DNA from: Candidatus Thorarchaeota archaeon
Lineage (GTDB): Archaea > Asgardarchaeota > Thorarchaeia > Thorarchaeales > Thorarchaeaceae
DNA length: 28,918 nucleotides
Reading direction: 5' to 3'
Assembly: GCA_003345595.1 (NCBI GenBank)
Contig: PRDI01000002.1
Span: 1 to 28,918 of the forward strand
Made by a program: the position numbers and the translations under genes. Below the pieces are notes generated by a model. It was not told the origin of the DNA and did no database searches. It saw only the letters and a program-made list of their open reading frames with translations. Of this stretch, positions 9,269 to 18,125 are shown piece by piece (within the stretch, counting starts at the first letter, position 1; each line of letters begins with the position of its first letter).

Positions 9269-9382
9269 AACCTGCTGAGAAGTTCTAATCTTCTATTAAG
9301 CCGTATGCTTAGCAGATAGATGCACTCTGTACGTCGCCCGTCTTCTATTCTGCGAAAACGCAGACCACGCCTCACCCACTCT

Positions 9383-10051
9383 CTATCGTCTTTCCACCTT
9401 AGCTCTCTCAAGGTATTGCCCACTCTTCGTGCGATATTCATCGGACTTCTCGCTGTCACCGAGATTCAGGTAGACTTTCGACATGAGATCGTACACCTTG
9501 GCGAGTCCTGCGTAGTTGCTGATGGCGCCTAGGATTAACTCGGCGTTCTGAAGAACAACGATTGCTTGCGTGTAGAGACTCTTTGCGTTCAAGATGTGTC
9601 CTCGCACCAGAAGGGTCCATCCTACGACCTGCTGCAAATCACTGTTGTCACTGTCAAGCCAGTTCGTTAGAATATGAGAGAACTGCTCTTCTGCCCCTGC
9701 AATGTCGCCCGCATTCAGAAGACGTCCTCCCAACGAAAGATGGCCTCGTGCGATTTGGACAATGTCCCCTGATTCGTTTGCTAGTTCTAACACCTGCTTC
9801 GCTCTTCCTACGGAGCCTTCTTCATCTCCAAGCGCGACAAGAGCATCATCGATTCTCAATAGACAGAATGAGAGAACCCTCTTCCTCTGTTTCTCCTCCT
9901 CTGGGTCCAAGTGCTTCAGCGAGTCTAGCATTGTCTTGGCTTTCTCATAGACCTTGAGAGCCTTACGAGAGTCCTCCTCTCGAAGGTCTTCCCACAGCGC
10001 TGAATCGATGGTGGCCTCAGCCTCCCTAATCCTGTCCATCGTCGTCTTCAT
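9383..10051 (-). CDS. TPR-like helical repeat protein
   Basis: Repeated helix pairs with small residues at TPR-like positions (e.g. LAKVYDLMSKVYLNLGDSEKSDEYRTKS). Confidence 0.7.
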   Translation of the reverse strand: MKTTMDRIREAEATIDSALWEDLREEDSRKALKVYEKAKTMLDSLKHLDPEEEKQRKRVLSFCLLRIDDALVALGDEEGSVGRAKQVLELANESGDIVQIARGHLSLGGRLLNAGDIAGAEEQFSHILTNWLDSDNSDLQQVVGWTLLVRGHILNAKSLYTQAIVVLQNAELILGAISNYAGLAKVYDLMSKVYLNLGDSEKSDEYRTKSGQYLERAKVERR

Positions 10052-10160
10052 ACTACATCATATCCTAGGGGCCTTCTGCGACTCCTGGTGTCACGCAACT
10101 GCTCGCTATGCCACACCGATAGCGTGTGCGGCTCGCGGTAACTTCTTCTCTTATGTTCTT

Positions 10161-10207
10161 CAAAAGCCTTAAATCGATATCGCCAACGATATCGCTAGTG
10201 ATATTGC
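10161..10207 (+). promoter_or_regulatory. padR operon promoter (BRE-like CAAAAG, TATA-like TTAAAT) with three operator-like repeats
   Basis: TTAAAT at 10169-10174, then CGATATCGC (10175), CGATATCGC (10187) and TGATATTGC (10199) at an exact 12-bp period. Confidence 0.65.
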
Positions 10208-10237
10208 CTATTCTGTGAACTGGAGCGAGACGCCGCC

Positions 10238-10987
10238 TTGATGGAACGAAGACTGGAAGAGATCATCTCCCTTTTCAGAACAAAAGGAGCGACAAGCCCA
10301 GAGAAAGCGCTGACTCCAGAGGAGCTAGGTCTTCCGAGTATTGTGAAGCAATTTGCCCGATCTCCGATGGGTGCCCTTTCGCCTTTCATTGAAGTTGACG
10401 GCAAGTTCTACCTCTCAGAAGAAAAGCTGCCGCGTCTGTACGAAATGTTGTCCGCCGGACCTCCCCTTGTTCCCCCATGGGTAAAGCACACAGCGCGTGT
10501 GCCGCGGGGCTTCTTGCGTTATCGGGTGCTGATGCTACTCAAAGAGCAGGCGATGTCTGGGTCCGAGATTGCATCTCGAATCGAGCAGGAAGCCTCGGGC
10601 CGTTGGAGGCCGAGTCCGGGCTCACTGTACCCGCTGCTCAGTGACCTGAAAGGCAGAGGCTTTGCCGAAGAACTTCCTTTGGTGGACGGCACAAAGCGAT
10701 ACCGTCTGACTGAGCTGGGCCAGAAATTCCTGCAGGAAGAGGATCAGGTCGCATCACAGATGCGCGAGAAGCTCGAGTCTGGCATGTTTCGCTTTCCACC
10801 GTTCTTCAACCTACCTGATGAGCTGCACTTTCTGATTGAAAATGCCCGACGCATGTTTGCGGCATTGTTCGCACTTGCGGGGGAATTGAGTGAGTCTCCC
10901 GATCCCGACCGGACGGCAGAACTTGAGAGGCTGATGAGATCAACTGCTGACAAGCTTGAGCAGCTTCTCGAGGGACCAGAGAAGTAG
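10238..10987 (+). CDS. PadR-family transcriptional regulator with an extra N-terminal domain
   Basis: RGFLRYRVLMLLKEQAMSGSEI...WRPSPGSLYPLLSDL...KRYRLTELG is a PadR wHTH. It has a ~85 aa N-terminal extension. Start is TTG 10238 or ATG 10241. Confidence 0.85.
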   Translation: MMERRLEEIISLFRTKGATSPEKALTPEELGLPSIVKQFARSPMGALSPFIEVDGKFYLSEEKLPRLYEMLSAGPPLVPPWVKHTARVPRGFLRYRVLMLLKEQAMSGSEIASRIEQEASGRWRPSPGSLYPLLSDLKGRGFAEELPLVDGTKRYRLTELGQKFLQEEDQVASQMREKLESGMFRFPPFFNLPDELHFLIENARRMFAALFALAGELSESPDPDRTAELERLMRSTADKLEQLLEGPEK

Positions 10988-11024
10988 CATCTTCTTCCAG
11001 TTTCACTGATGGAGGTATGAAGGA

Positions 11025-11708
11025 TTGACGACAGTTCTAGAGTTGGAAAAGCTAACCAAGACCTACATGATGGGGGCTGTCCCGGTTGAGGCGCTAAGAG
11101 GAGTCAGCTTCGTCGTGAACCAAGGCGAACTTGTGTCCGTTTTGGGCCCCTCGGGAAGCGGTAAATCAACGCTCCTAAACATGATTGGAGCACTGGACCA
11201 CCCGACGAGCGGCACTCTCCGGATCAAGGGTGTAGATGTTTCCAGTTTGTCTGACAATAAGCTAGCGGAAACACGCAGGAACATTGGCTTTGTATTCCAG
11301 TTCTTCAATCTCATTCCACGACTGAACGCGCAGGCCAACGTGGAACTCCCTCTTGCTATCGGCGGAGTATCACGAAAGGAGCGGAAGGCTCGGGCCGAGG
11401 ACGCGTTGAGGAGTGTCGGTTTGGGTGACAGAATGACCCACAAGTCCGCTGAGCTCAGCGGCGGTGAACGCCAGAGGGTGGCTGTCGCGAGAGCGCTCGT
11501 CACTGAGCCCTCCTTTCTGCTGATGGATGAACCGACGGGCAACTTGGATAGCAAGACAGCCCAAGAAATGATTGACTTGGTTGTTGACCTCAACAGCAAG
11601 AAGCATGTCACGGTCATAATAGTGACCCATGACGCTGAGGTGGCAGCGAGAACGCGCAGGACCCTGAGAATGAGGGATGGTCTGATAGTGTCTGACGAGG
11701 TGAACTAG
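11025..11708 (+). CDS. ABC transporter ATP-binding protein (LolD/MacB type)
   Basis: GPSGSGKST, IGFVFQFFNL, LSGGERQRVA, MDEPTGNLD and VTHD. GGAGGT RBS at 11011-11016 before the TTG. Confidence 0.95.
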   Translation: MTTVLELEKLTKTYMMGAVPVEALRGVSFVVNQGELVSVLGPSGSGKSTLLNMIGALDHPTSGTLRIKGVDVSSLSDNKLAETRRNIGFVFQFFNLIPRLNAQANVELPLAIGGVSRKERKARAEDALRSVGLGDRMTHKSAELSGGERQRVAVARALVTEPSFLLMDEPTGNLDSKTAQEMIDLVVDLNSKKHVTVIIVTHDAEVAARTRRTLRMRDGLIVSDEVN

Positions 11709-12995
11709 ATGAGAGCACGCGATACTCTGTCATATGCCATCGGCGCGATACGGCTTCGGAAGCTCAGAGCTGGCCTTACTACACTAGGAATCGTAATCGG
11801 GATAGCTGCCATCGTAGCCCTGATGTCATTTACCGAAGGCTTTCAGGTCGCGCTCACGTCGCAGTTCCAGGAGGGCTTTGCAACGGACACTGTCATAGTT
11901 TCGACTCGATCGGGAGGTATCTTTGGCGGCTCGCCTAGTGACTTCTCACTGTTCGTGAATGATACCGCATTGATTGACGGCCTCGGCTCTGTCCAAGCAT
12001 CAGCAGCTATTGTTTCCAAAGCGTGTAGTGTCGAGAAGGGTGATTGGACACGCACACTCAGCATAAGCGGGGTCAACTTCACGACCTACAAGGCCATCTA
12101 CTCTACATTCTCTCCTGAGTCTGGCGAGATACCAGACAAGCCAGCTAACGATTCCGTCGTCGTAGGGTACTCGCTTCACGACCCATACAAGAATGGCACA
12201 ATTATCCTGAACGTCGGTGATTCTATCGTCCTCTCCTACAGTGTCCGAAACGGGACAAAGATGATTCAGCTGAACCGGACGATGGAAGTGACTGGAATCC
12301 TTGGGGAGATCGGAGCATTTGGGCTTGGCCCCGTTGATAGCGGTGTGTACATTCCTATTCTTGCGGCGACAGGTTTCTTTGCTACTGAAGATGCAAGTCA
12401 GATAATCGTGAAGCTCACGAGCAGTGATACCTCCACAATTAACGCAGTGTCGAAAGAGATTGAAACCCTCTATAACAACCAAGTCACTGTGACCTCGCCG
12501 ACCGCGCTGCTTTCTACGATATCAAGCATCCTTGGGACCGTCAGTCTATTGTTGGGCGGGATTGCTGGTATCTCTCTTCTTGTTGCTGGCGTGGGTATCA
12601 TGAATATCATGATAGTGTCACTCATCGAGCGAACTCGTGAGATAGGCATCCTCAAGGCCCTGGGAGCCAAGGGGCGAACGGTGATGACGATCTTCCTTGC
12701 AGAGGCTCTCGTAGTCGGACTCATCGGTGCAATCGTTGGGATAGTGGTCGGAGGGCTTATCGCCAATATCATATCAGTGGCCCTCGCGCGCGGCGGAGGC
12801 TTTGCAGGCATAGGTGGTGGCGGATTCGGTAATGGATCTGGAGCTGCAGCATTTGCTGTGATCAAGCCAGTGATAACACCATACCTAGTCAGCATGGCAC
12901 TCTTCTTTGGTGTGATCGTAAGTGTGGTCTTTGCCCTCTACCCATCTTGGCGCGCATCTAGGCTCGTGCCAGTGGAGGCTCTCAGGTACGAGTAG
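11709..12995 (+). CDS. ABC transporter permease (MacB/FtsX type)
   Basis: RKLRAGLTTLGIVIGIAAIV, a large extracytoplasmic domain, GVGIMNIMIVSLIERTREIGILKALGA and YPSWRASRLVPVEALRYE. Confidence 0.93.
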   Translation: MRARDTLSYAIGAIRLRKLRAGLTTLGIVIGIAAIVALMSFTEGFQVALTSQFQEGFATDTVIVSTRSGGIFGGSPSDFSLFVNDTALIDGLGSVQASAAIVSKACSVEKGDWTRTLSISGVNFTTYKAIYSTFSPESGEIPDKPANDSVVVGYSLHDPYKNGTIILNVGDSIVLSYSVRNGTKMIQLNRTMEVTGILGEIGAFGLGPVDSGVYIPILAATGFFATEDASQIIVKLTSSDTSTINAVSKEIETLYNNQVTVTSPTALLSTISSILGTVSLLLGGIAGISLLVAGVGIMNIMIVSLIERTREIGILKALGAKGRTVMTIFLAEALVVGLIGAIVGIVVGGLIANIISVALARGGGFAGIGGGGFGNGSGAAAFAVIKPVITPYLVSMALFFGVIVSVVFALYPSWRASRLVPVEALRYE

Positions 12996-13007
12996 TCGTC
13001 CGGCGTA

Positions 13008-13042
13008 ACCCGCAAGCTCGCGGCTTGCGGGTCCCTTTCCTT
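13008..13042 (+). terminator. Hairpin after the ABC operon, between convergent genes
   Basis: ACCCGCAAGC-TCGCG-GCTTGCGGGT, a perfect 10-bp stem (13008-13032), followed by a pyrimidine tract CCCTTTCCTT. Confidence 0.6.
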
Positions 13043-13182
13043 CAGGTGCCTGTCAACTGGAGCGGCCCTCGTGACCAGATGCAGCTCGTACGCATGTCTT
13101 GTTTCTTCCCACCCATGGTCCTGCACTCGGGAGGGTATGGCTTCGACGTCTGCGTGCCCTGTCGGCACACGGTATCTATCAG

Positions 13183-15231
13183 TTACGGGATCATCCGCAT
13201 TGTCTTGAGAATGAAAGCGTAGATGAAGGCCGCGTCCTTCATGTTCTCATAACGGCCGCTAAAGCCGGCATGGCCGCTGTCCATCCTAGTCTTCAGCAGG
13301 AGAAGGTTGTCGTCTGTCTTGACAGCTCTCAGTCTGGCGACCCACTTTGCAGGCTCCCAATACGCGACGCTGGGGTCATTGTATCCCGCAGTGACTAACA
13401 TTGCTGGGTAGTTACTTGCCCCGGTGTTGTCGTAGGGAGAGTATTGGAGCATCCATTTGAACTGCTTCTTGATCCGCGGATCGCCCCATTCCCTGTATTC
13501 GAAGGTGGTCAGAGGTATTGTATCATCCAACATCGTGTTGATGACGTCAACAAACGGTACCATTGCGACAACAATTGAAAACAACTCTGGGCGGAGTGTT
13601 ACTGCGGCGCCCATGAGGAGTCCTCCCGCGCTTCTACCCATGGCGCATAACTTCTCTTTCGATGTGAATCCCTGCTTGACCAAGTAGTCTGCACACGCGA
13701 AGAAATCAGTGAATGTATTCATCTTCCGGTCCAGCTTGCCTTGATGATACCACATCTTGCCGTACTCACCGCCGCCTCGGATGTGAGCAATGGCGAAGAT
13801 GACTCCCCGATTCATGAGACTAAGCCTCATCTGATCAAAATCAGGACTGACTGCGTACCCGTAGGAACCATATCCATACAGCATGAGCGGGTTAGTTCCA
13901 TCCAGCTTCATTCCCTTCCTGTATGCCAGTGATATAGGAATTGTAGTCCCATCACTAGCCGCTGCATACCGACGCTCGGTCACGAAATCAAATGGGTCGT
14001 GTCCCCTTATTTCGTCGATTTTTCTGGTTTCGAGCTGTCGAGTCGCCATCTGGTAGTCATAAACGGTTGTGGGCGTCACTGGCGAGCTAAGAACGAACCG
14101 GAAATAACCTGACTCGAACTCCTGATAATCATCGGACACAGAAAGGGCGTAGATCCTTTCAGGCACCAGTATGTCGTGAGTTTCTCTTGTTGAGAAGTCG
14201 TACACTAAGAACGAGCCAAAGCCATCTTTGCGCCTGCTCAAGACCAGGTGTGTCCTGAAAGCCAGTAGCCAAGGAAAACGAGTTACGATGTCCTCACCGA
14301 TGACACCCTCCCAGCGTTCGCGTCTGATATCAGAGGTCGGAGTCCTCATCAGCTTGAATGTCATCGGGTTGACAGCATTCGTTAAGAAGTAGAAGTAACC
14401 ATCATGATGCTGCACGTCCATCTCGATGCCTGCGCTTCGCTTCCACAGAAGTTCGAGCTCACGATGGGGCTGTTCCAGTTCCATGATGCGAACCTCTGTG
14501 GTTTCCGAGCTAAAGCTGCCTATCTTGAGGAGCAAGTACTTTCTGTCAGTAGACTTGGACATAATGAGGAAGAAAGCTGTATCCTTCTCTTCATAGATAC
14601 GCACATCCTCAGAGGGCTTAGTGCCTATTGCATGGTACGATACTGCATAGTCACGGTGTATGCTGTCGAGCTCAGAATAAAAGATTGATTTGTTATCATA
14701 GTCCCATTCTAATTGCCCGCCTACTTGCTCGATTGTTTCAATGATTTGATACGTGCTGAGGTCTACAATCCGAATGTCGTAAGTGGTTCCGCCAGTGAAG
14801 TCCACCGAATAGGCCAGCATTCTGTGGTCGGGACTCACTCTCATACTCTCTATACTCATGTACTTCCTACCTTGGGCCAATACATTGCCGTCCAGTATGA
14901 TCTGCTCGGGTGCATCTAGGGAGAGATGCTTGCGGCAGTATATGGGGTAGTCCTTGCCCTTCTCTGTTCGAAAGTAGTAGAAGTAGTCCCCATGCTTCAT
15001 CGGTGCACTCTGGTCGGTTTCCTTAATCCTATTGCACATTTCCTGAAAGAGTACCTCTTGGAGATGCTCCGTATCAGCCATCATCTCGCGGGTGTACCTA
15101 TTCTCCTCCTCGAGGTAGCTCACGACGTCATCAGTGCCCTTGTTTCTAAGCCAGAAGTAGTTGTCAATCAGCCTCGTCCCATGTATCTTGAGTTCGCGCG
15201 GCTCCTTCTTCGCAACCGGCGGTTCGACCAT
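13183..15231 (-). CDS. ptrB: Oligopeptidase B (S9A prolyl oligopeptidase family)
   Basis: PPVAKK...DNYFWLR N-terminus, YGYGSYG, HIRGGGEYG, catalytic GRSAGG, TTFEYREWG, NDPSV and GHAG. Start moved to ATG 15231. Confidence 0.92.
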   Translation of the reverse strand: MVEPPVAKKEPRELKIHGTRLIDNYFWLRNKGTDDVVSYLEEENRYTREMMADTEHLQEVLFQEMCNRIKETDQSAPMKHGDYFYYFRTEKGKDYPIYCRKHLSLDAPEQIILDGNVLAQGRKYMSIESMRVSPDHRMLAYSVDFTGGTTYDIRIVDLSTYQIIETIEQVGGQLEWDYDNKSIFYSELDSIHRDYAVSYHAIGTKPSEDVRIYEEKDTAFFLIMSKSTDRKYLLLKIGSFSSETTEVRIMELEQPHRELELLWKRSAGIEMDVQHHDGYFYFLTNAVNPMTFKLMRTPTSDIRRERWEGVIGEDIVTRFPWLLAFRTHLVLSRRKDGFGSFLVYDFSTRETHDILVPERIYALSVSDDYQEFESGYFRFVLSSPVTPTTVYDYQMATRQLETRKIDEIRGHDPFDFVTERRYAAASDGTTIPISLAYRKGMKLDGTNPLMLYGYGSYGYAVSPDFDQMRLSLMNRGVIFAIAHIRGGGEYGKMWYHQGKLDRKMNTFTDFFACADYLVKQGFTSKEKLCAMGRSAGGLLMGAAVTLRPELFSIVVAMVPFVDVINTMLDDTIPLTTFEYREWGDPRIKKQFKWMLQYSPYDNTGASNYPAMLVTAGYNDPSVAYWEPAKWVARLRAVKTDDNLLLLKTRMDSGHAGFSGRYENMKDAAFIYAFILKTMRMIP

Positions 15232-15362
15232 ATCTCTTGACGAAAACAGAGCAGAGATAAACACATGGATTACGAGCGAGGTTTCTGACATTGGAGCTGC
15301 GACAAGAATGCGACCAAGACAAAGACAGAAGTAATTCACGCGATTCCGAAAGAGAACTCAGC

Positions 15363-15890
15363 TCAAAATGTGTCGATGGTGAGCCGAAGAATCTGCTTCG
15401 TACCAACGGTCGTGTTCTCAATGATTAGCTCAGAGCTTGGCATTAGCATATCGAATCGGTCCTTCTCCCCCAGGTACACCCTCTGTGCTAGTACAACTTG
15501 CGGATCATATGACTCTTCGACTTCAGTCGGTTGTTTAAGATGATAGACTTTGTCTGAGGCCCCTGTGAGATTCCATATCCCATCGATGATATCCTTGGCC
15601 AGAGGAAGGTCTTCTTCGGGAAATACCGTGGCCATGAAGGTCTTGGTGATGTCTTTCGCAAAGGGGTTGACACTACAGACATCACCAACCCAATGGCGGT
15701 CCATGATGAGGGTCATGAAACGAAGGAGACTGGCCTCATCGATTCCTACCTCGATGTCAATGAACTCTTGGAAGCCTCCAGGCTTCAAGCTCACTCTTGT
15801 CAAGCCGTCGACTGACGCCTTCAATCGGGATACCTCGACTATGTGGAAGAATGTGAACAACTCAGAACGTTTGAGAGAGCTGTAGTCCAT
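15363..15890 (-). CDS. Hypothetical protein
   Basis: 175-aa ORF with globular composition, co-oriented with ptrB. No motif recognised. ATG at 15890 preferred. Confidence 0.65.
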   Translation of the reverse strand: MDYSSLKRSELFTFFHIVEVSRLKASVDGLTRVSLKPGGFQEFIDIEVGIDEASLLRFMTLIMDRHWVGDVCSVNPFAKDITKTFMATVFPEEDLPLAKDIIDGIWNLTGASDKVYHLKQPTEVEESYDPQVVLAQRVYLGEKDRFDMLMPSSELIIENTTVGTKQILRLTIDTF

Positions 15891-16211
15891 TACACCTGAC
15901 GCCCCGACCGGTATCTGACAGTTGGAGAGCTTGCGGACGTTGCGATACAAGAACGTATAGGTGTATCTGCTCCGCGCCTACAAAGAAGAAGACTGCCCGG
16001 GTGAGAGAGGCAATAGCAGTCAGCAAGCACGGCTATTGGGCAAATGCTGTTTCTCAATGATGATCAATACTGAGAGACACAGTCGCAGTTGAGGCGGTGC
16101 CAGCTCAGCCGGATGATACTGTACTTGTCCTCCCCCTAGAACACACGCACTACGGATGATCCCTAAACAAGAAAAGTGATATATCTAGGGTCTGAAGTCA
16201 GATTGAAGCCT

Positions 16212-16694
16212 ATGTCAGACACAGAGTTTCTACAAGACAAGAAGATTCAGAAGATCGATACGGACATCCAGCAGTTCAAGGCCAACCTACAGAAGGTCGA
16301 GGCAGACCTTAGTGGTATTGACTCTCGGCTCAATGCTGAAGTGGAGAGATATCACACGGCAGCGACGGCTAAGAGAGACGCGTACGACTCCATGAGGGGC
16401 AAGCTGCTCCAAGCAGAGAAGGAGTGGCATGACGCGGACCGCGAGTTCCGCAATGCCCAAAGTCAGAAGAACAAGGGAGTCGGCGATGTGCAAAGACAGG
16501 CTGAGACTCTGCGGAGAAGGATTAGAGACGCCGAAAGGTCGCGAGAGAACAGAATCAGGGAGCTGCAGCGCGGCAAGCAGAAGGTAGTGGACAAGGCCAA
16601 GAAGGACAAGGCCAAGGAGATGGACCGCAAGAAAGCAGAAGAGGTATCTAAGGTCGAGGACCAGAAACGCAAGGAGCTAGGACTGGATCGATAG
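16212..16694 (+). CDS. Charged coiled-coil protein
   Basis: Heptad pattern over almost the entire length, no Pro, K/E/D-rich tail. TATA-like ATATAT about 30 nt upstream of ATG 16212. Confidence 0.75.
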   Translation: MSDTEFLQDKKIQKIDTDIQQFKANLQKVEADLSGIDSRLNAEVERYHTAATAKRDAYDSMRGKLLQAEKEWHDADREFRNAQSQKNKGVGDVQRQAETLRRRIRDAERSRENRIRELQRGKQKVVDKAKKDKAKEMDRKKAEEVSKVEDQKRKELGLDR

Positions 16695-16735
16695 TCCCCG
16701 TTCATCATAGTGGCATGTGAGGCGGGGGTCTTCAG

Positions 16736-17716
16736 ATGAATGCATATTCGATGGTCGTGCTTCTGGCTGTTGTCCTCTTCTTTGTTGTATGGGGTCTGGG
16801 CTGGCTGCTCGAAACGCTGTCCCGCCTGGAACTTAATATCACCCATAATCCGGGGTCACGAGGATGGTATGTCCTCGTGGGACCCGGAGTGGCATTGCAC
16901 GAGTCATCGCATGCCTTGGGCTGCGTGTTCACAAGGACTCCTATCGTTGAGTTCAAGCCAATCAATGTGGAGGTGAAAGACAACTACGTATTGCTCGGGT
17001 ATGTGAAATACAGAAACCCCGATAGCATGCTGAAGAGAGCCGTGATCAATCTTGCACCCGTGGCGGTCTCACTCGTCTTGCTCGTCTTCTTCGCTCTCGG
17101 GGCGACATACCTGGTGCCCGGCTCACCTGGGATTGGCGGCGAGGCCCTAGATCTGCTACTAGATCTCATCAATATGAAAGCCGACCCGCTACTGCTTGAG
17201 AACCCGACTTATCCTCTAACGCTCATTGGAGGCTTCATTTACCTGTTTCTCTACACGTTTGCAGGGCTCACAGTCATCAGCCCTATCTTCTGGATCGTCG
17301 CTTTTCTAGCGATGACGATTATGTTCAGCAACGCCCCGTCAGATGTTGATGTAAAGAACTCTGCAGGCGGGCTCAAGGTTCTCCTCTTCTTTGACATGGT
17401 CTGGTTCTTAATTGCCTACTTTCTTCCTCAAGCAGGATGGGTTCTGTATGGTGTCTTTGAGCTGGTGGCTGTGATGTTTGCTCTAGCACTTGCATTTGCT
17501 GGAGTTGCCTACGGATTCTTTTTCATGATAACTGCGATGGCCCGGTTGAGGAGTCCGTTGAGCTTTCTCCCGTTAGCCGTATGCCTTGCAGTCGGGGCGT
17601 TCCTTTGGTACGCGGCCTCGCTTTCTCCTGCACTTCAGACCATCATTGCCTTGGTGGCGTTTGTCGTTGTTGCATTTCCCATGTTGATAGTGCCTGCTTT
17701 CAGAGCAAAGAGGTAA
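16736..17716 (+). CDS. Polytopic membrane zinc metalloprotease-like protein (M50B-like)
   Basis: GVALHESSHAL (HExxH), LGYV, NLAP and NAPSDVD motifs, with about 8 hydrophobic segments. Confidence 0.7.
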   Translation: MNAYSMVVLLAVVLFFVVWGLGWLLETLSRLELNITHNPGSRGWYVLVGPGVALHESSHALGCVFTRTPIVEFKPINVEVKDNYVLLGYVKYRNPDSMLKRAVINLAPVAVSLVLLVFFALGATYLVPGSPGIGGEALDLLLDLINMKADPLLLENPTYPLTLIGGFIYLFLYTFAGLTVISPIFWIVAFLAMTIMFSNAPSDVDVKNSAGGLKVLLFFDMVWFLIAYFLPQAGWVLYGVFELVAVMFALALAFAGVAYGFFFMITAMARLRSPLSFLPLAVCLAVGAFLWYAASLSPALQTIIALVAFVVVAFPMLIVPAFRAKR

Positions 17717-17765
17717 TACCCGCCTTCATATTTCGTAGTCAATCTGCTGTATTCGGTTGTCAAGT

Positions 17766-18113
17766 ATGGTGAAAATCGACCTTGTTAGACGGCCGACTCT
17801 AATCAGCCCACGACATCTTCTCCGATATGTATTCTTCACTGAGGCCCAAGTGGACCAGGCCTCTAAGATACTAAACGAAATAGTTCAGTCGAACGGCATG
17901 GTGCCAGACAAAGAATGGGAGAGGTTTGTGCTTACGAGCAGGGGCCTCTATGTCAAGGTAATGCGGAAACTGCGTGATGCAGGCATTGTGGAAAAGCGAA
18001 TGGGCGAATACCGCATAGCCAAAGAGTTCTCTGGTTCGCTGGAGAAGATTGCCAGATACTGGTCTGATGTCGTAGACTCCTTTGGCCAAGGCGATCGGGC
18101 AATTGCTTTCTGA
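17766..18113 (+). CDS. Small winged-helix-like hypothetical protein
   Basis: SRGLYVKVMRKLRDAGIVEKRMGEYRI resembles a recognition helix plus wing. ATG 17766 preferred. Confidence 0.65.
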   Translation: MVKIDLVRRPTLISPRHLLRYVFFTEAQVDQASKILNEIVQSNGMVPDKEWERFVLTSRGLYVKVMRKLRDAGIVEKRMGEYRIAKEFSGSLEKIARYWSDVVDSFGQGDRAIAF

Positions 18114-18125
18114 AGGCATCCAGTC

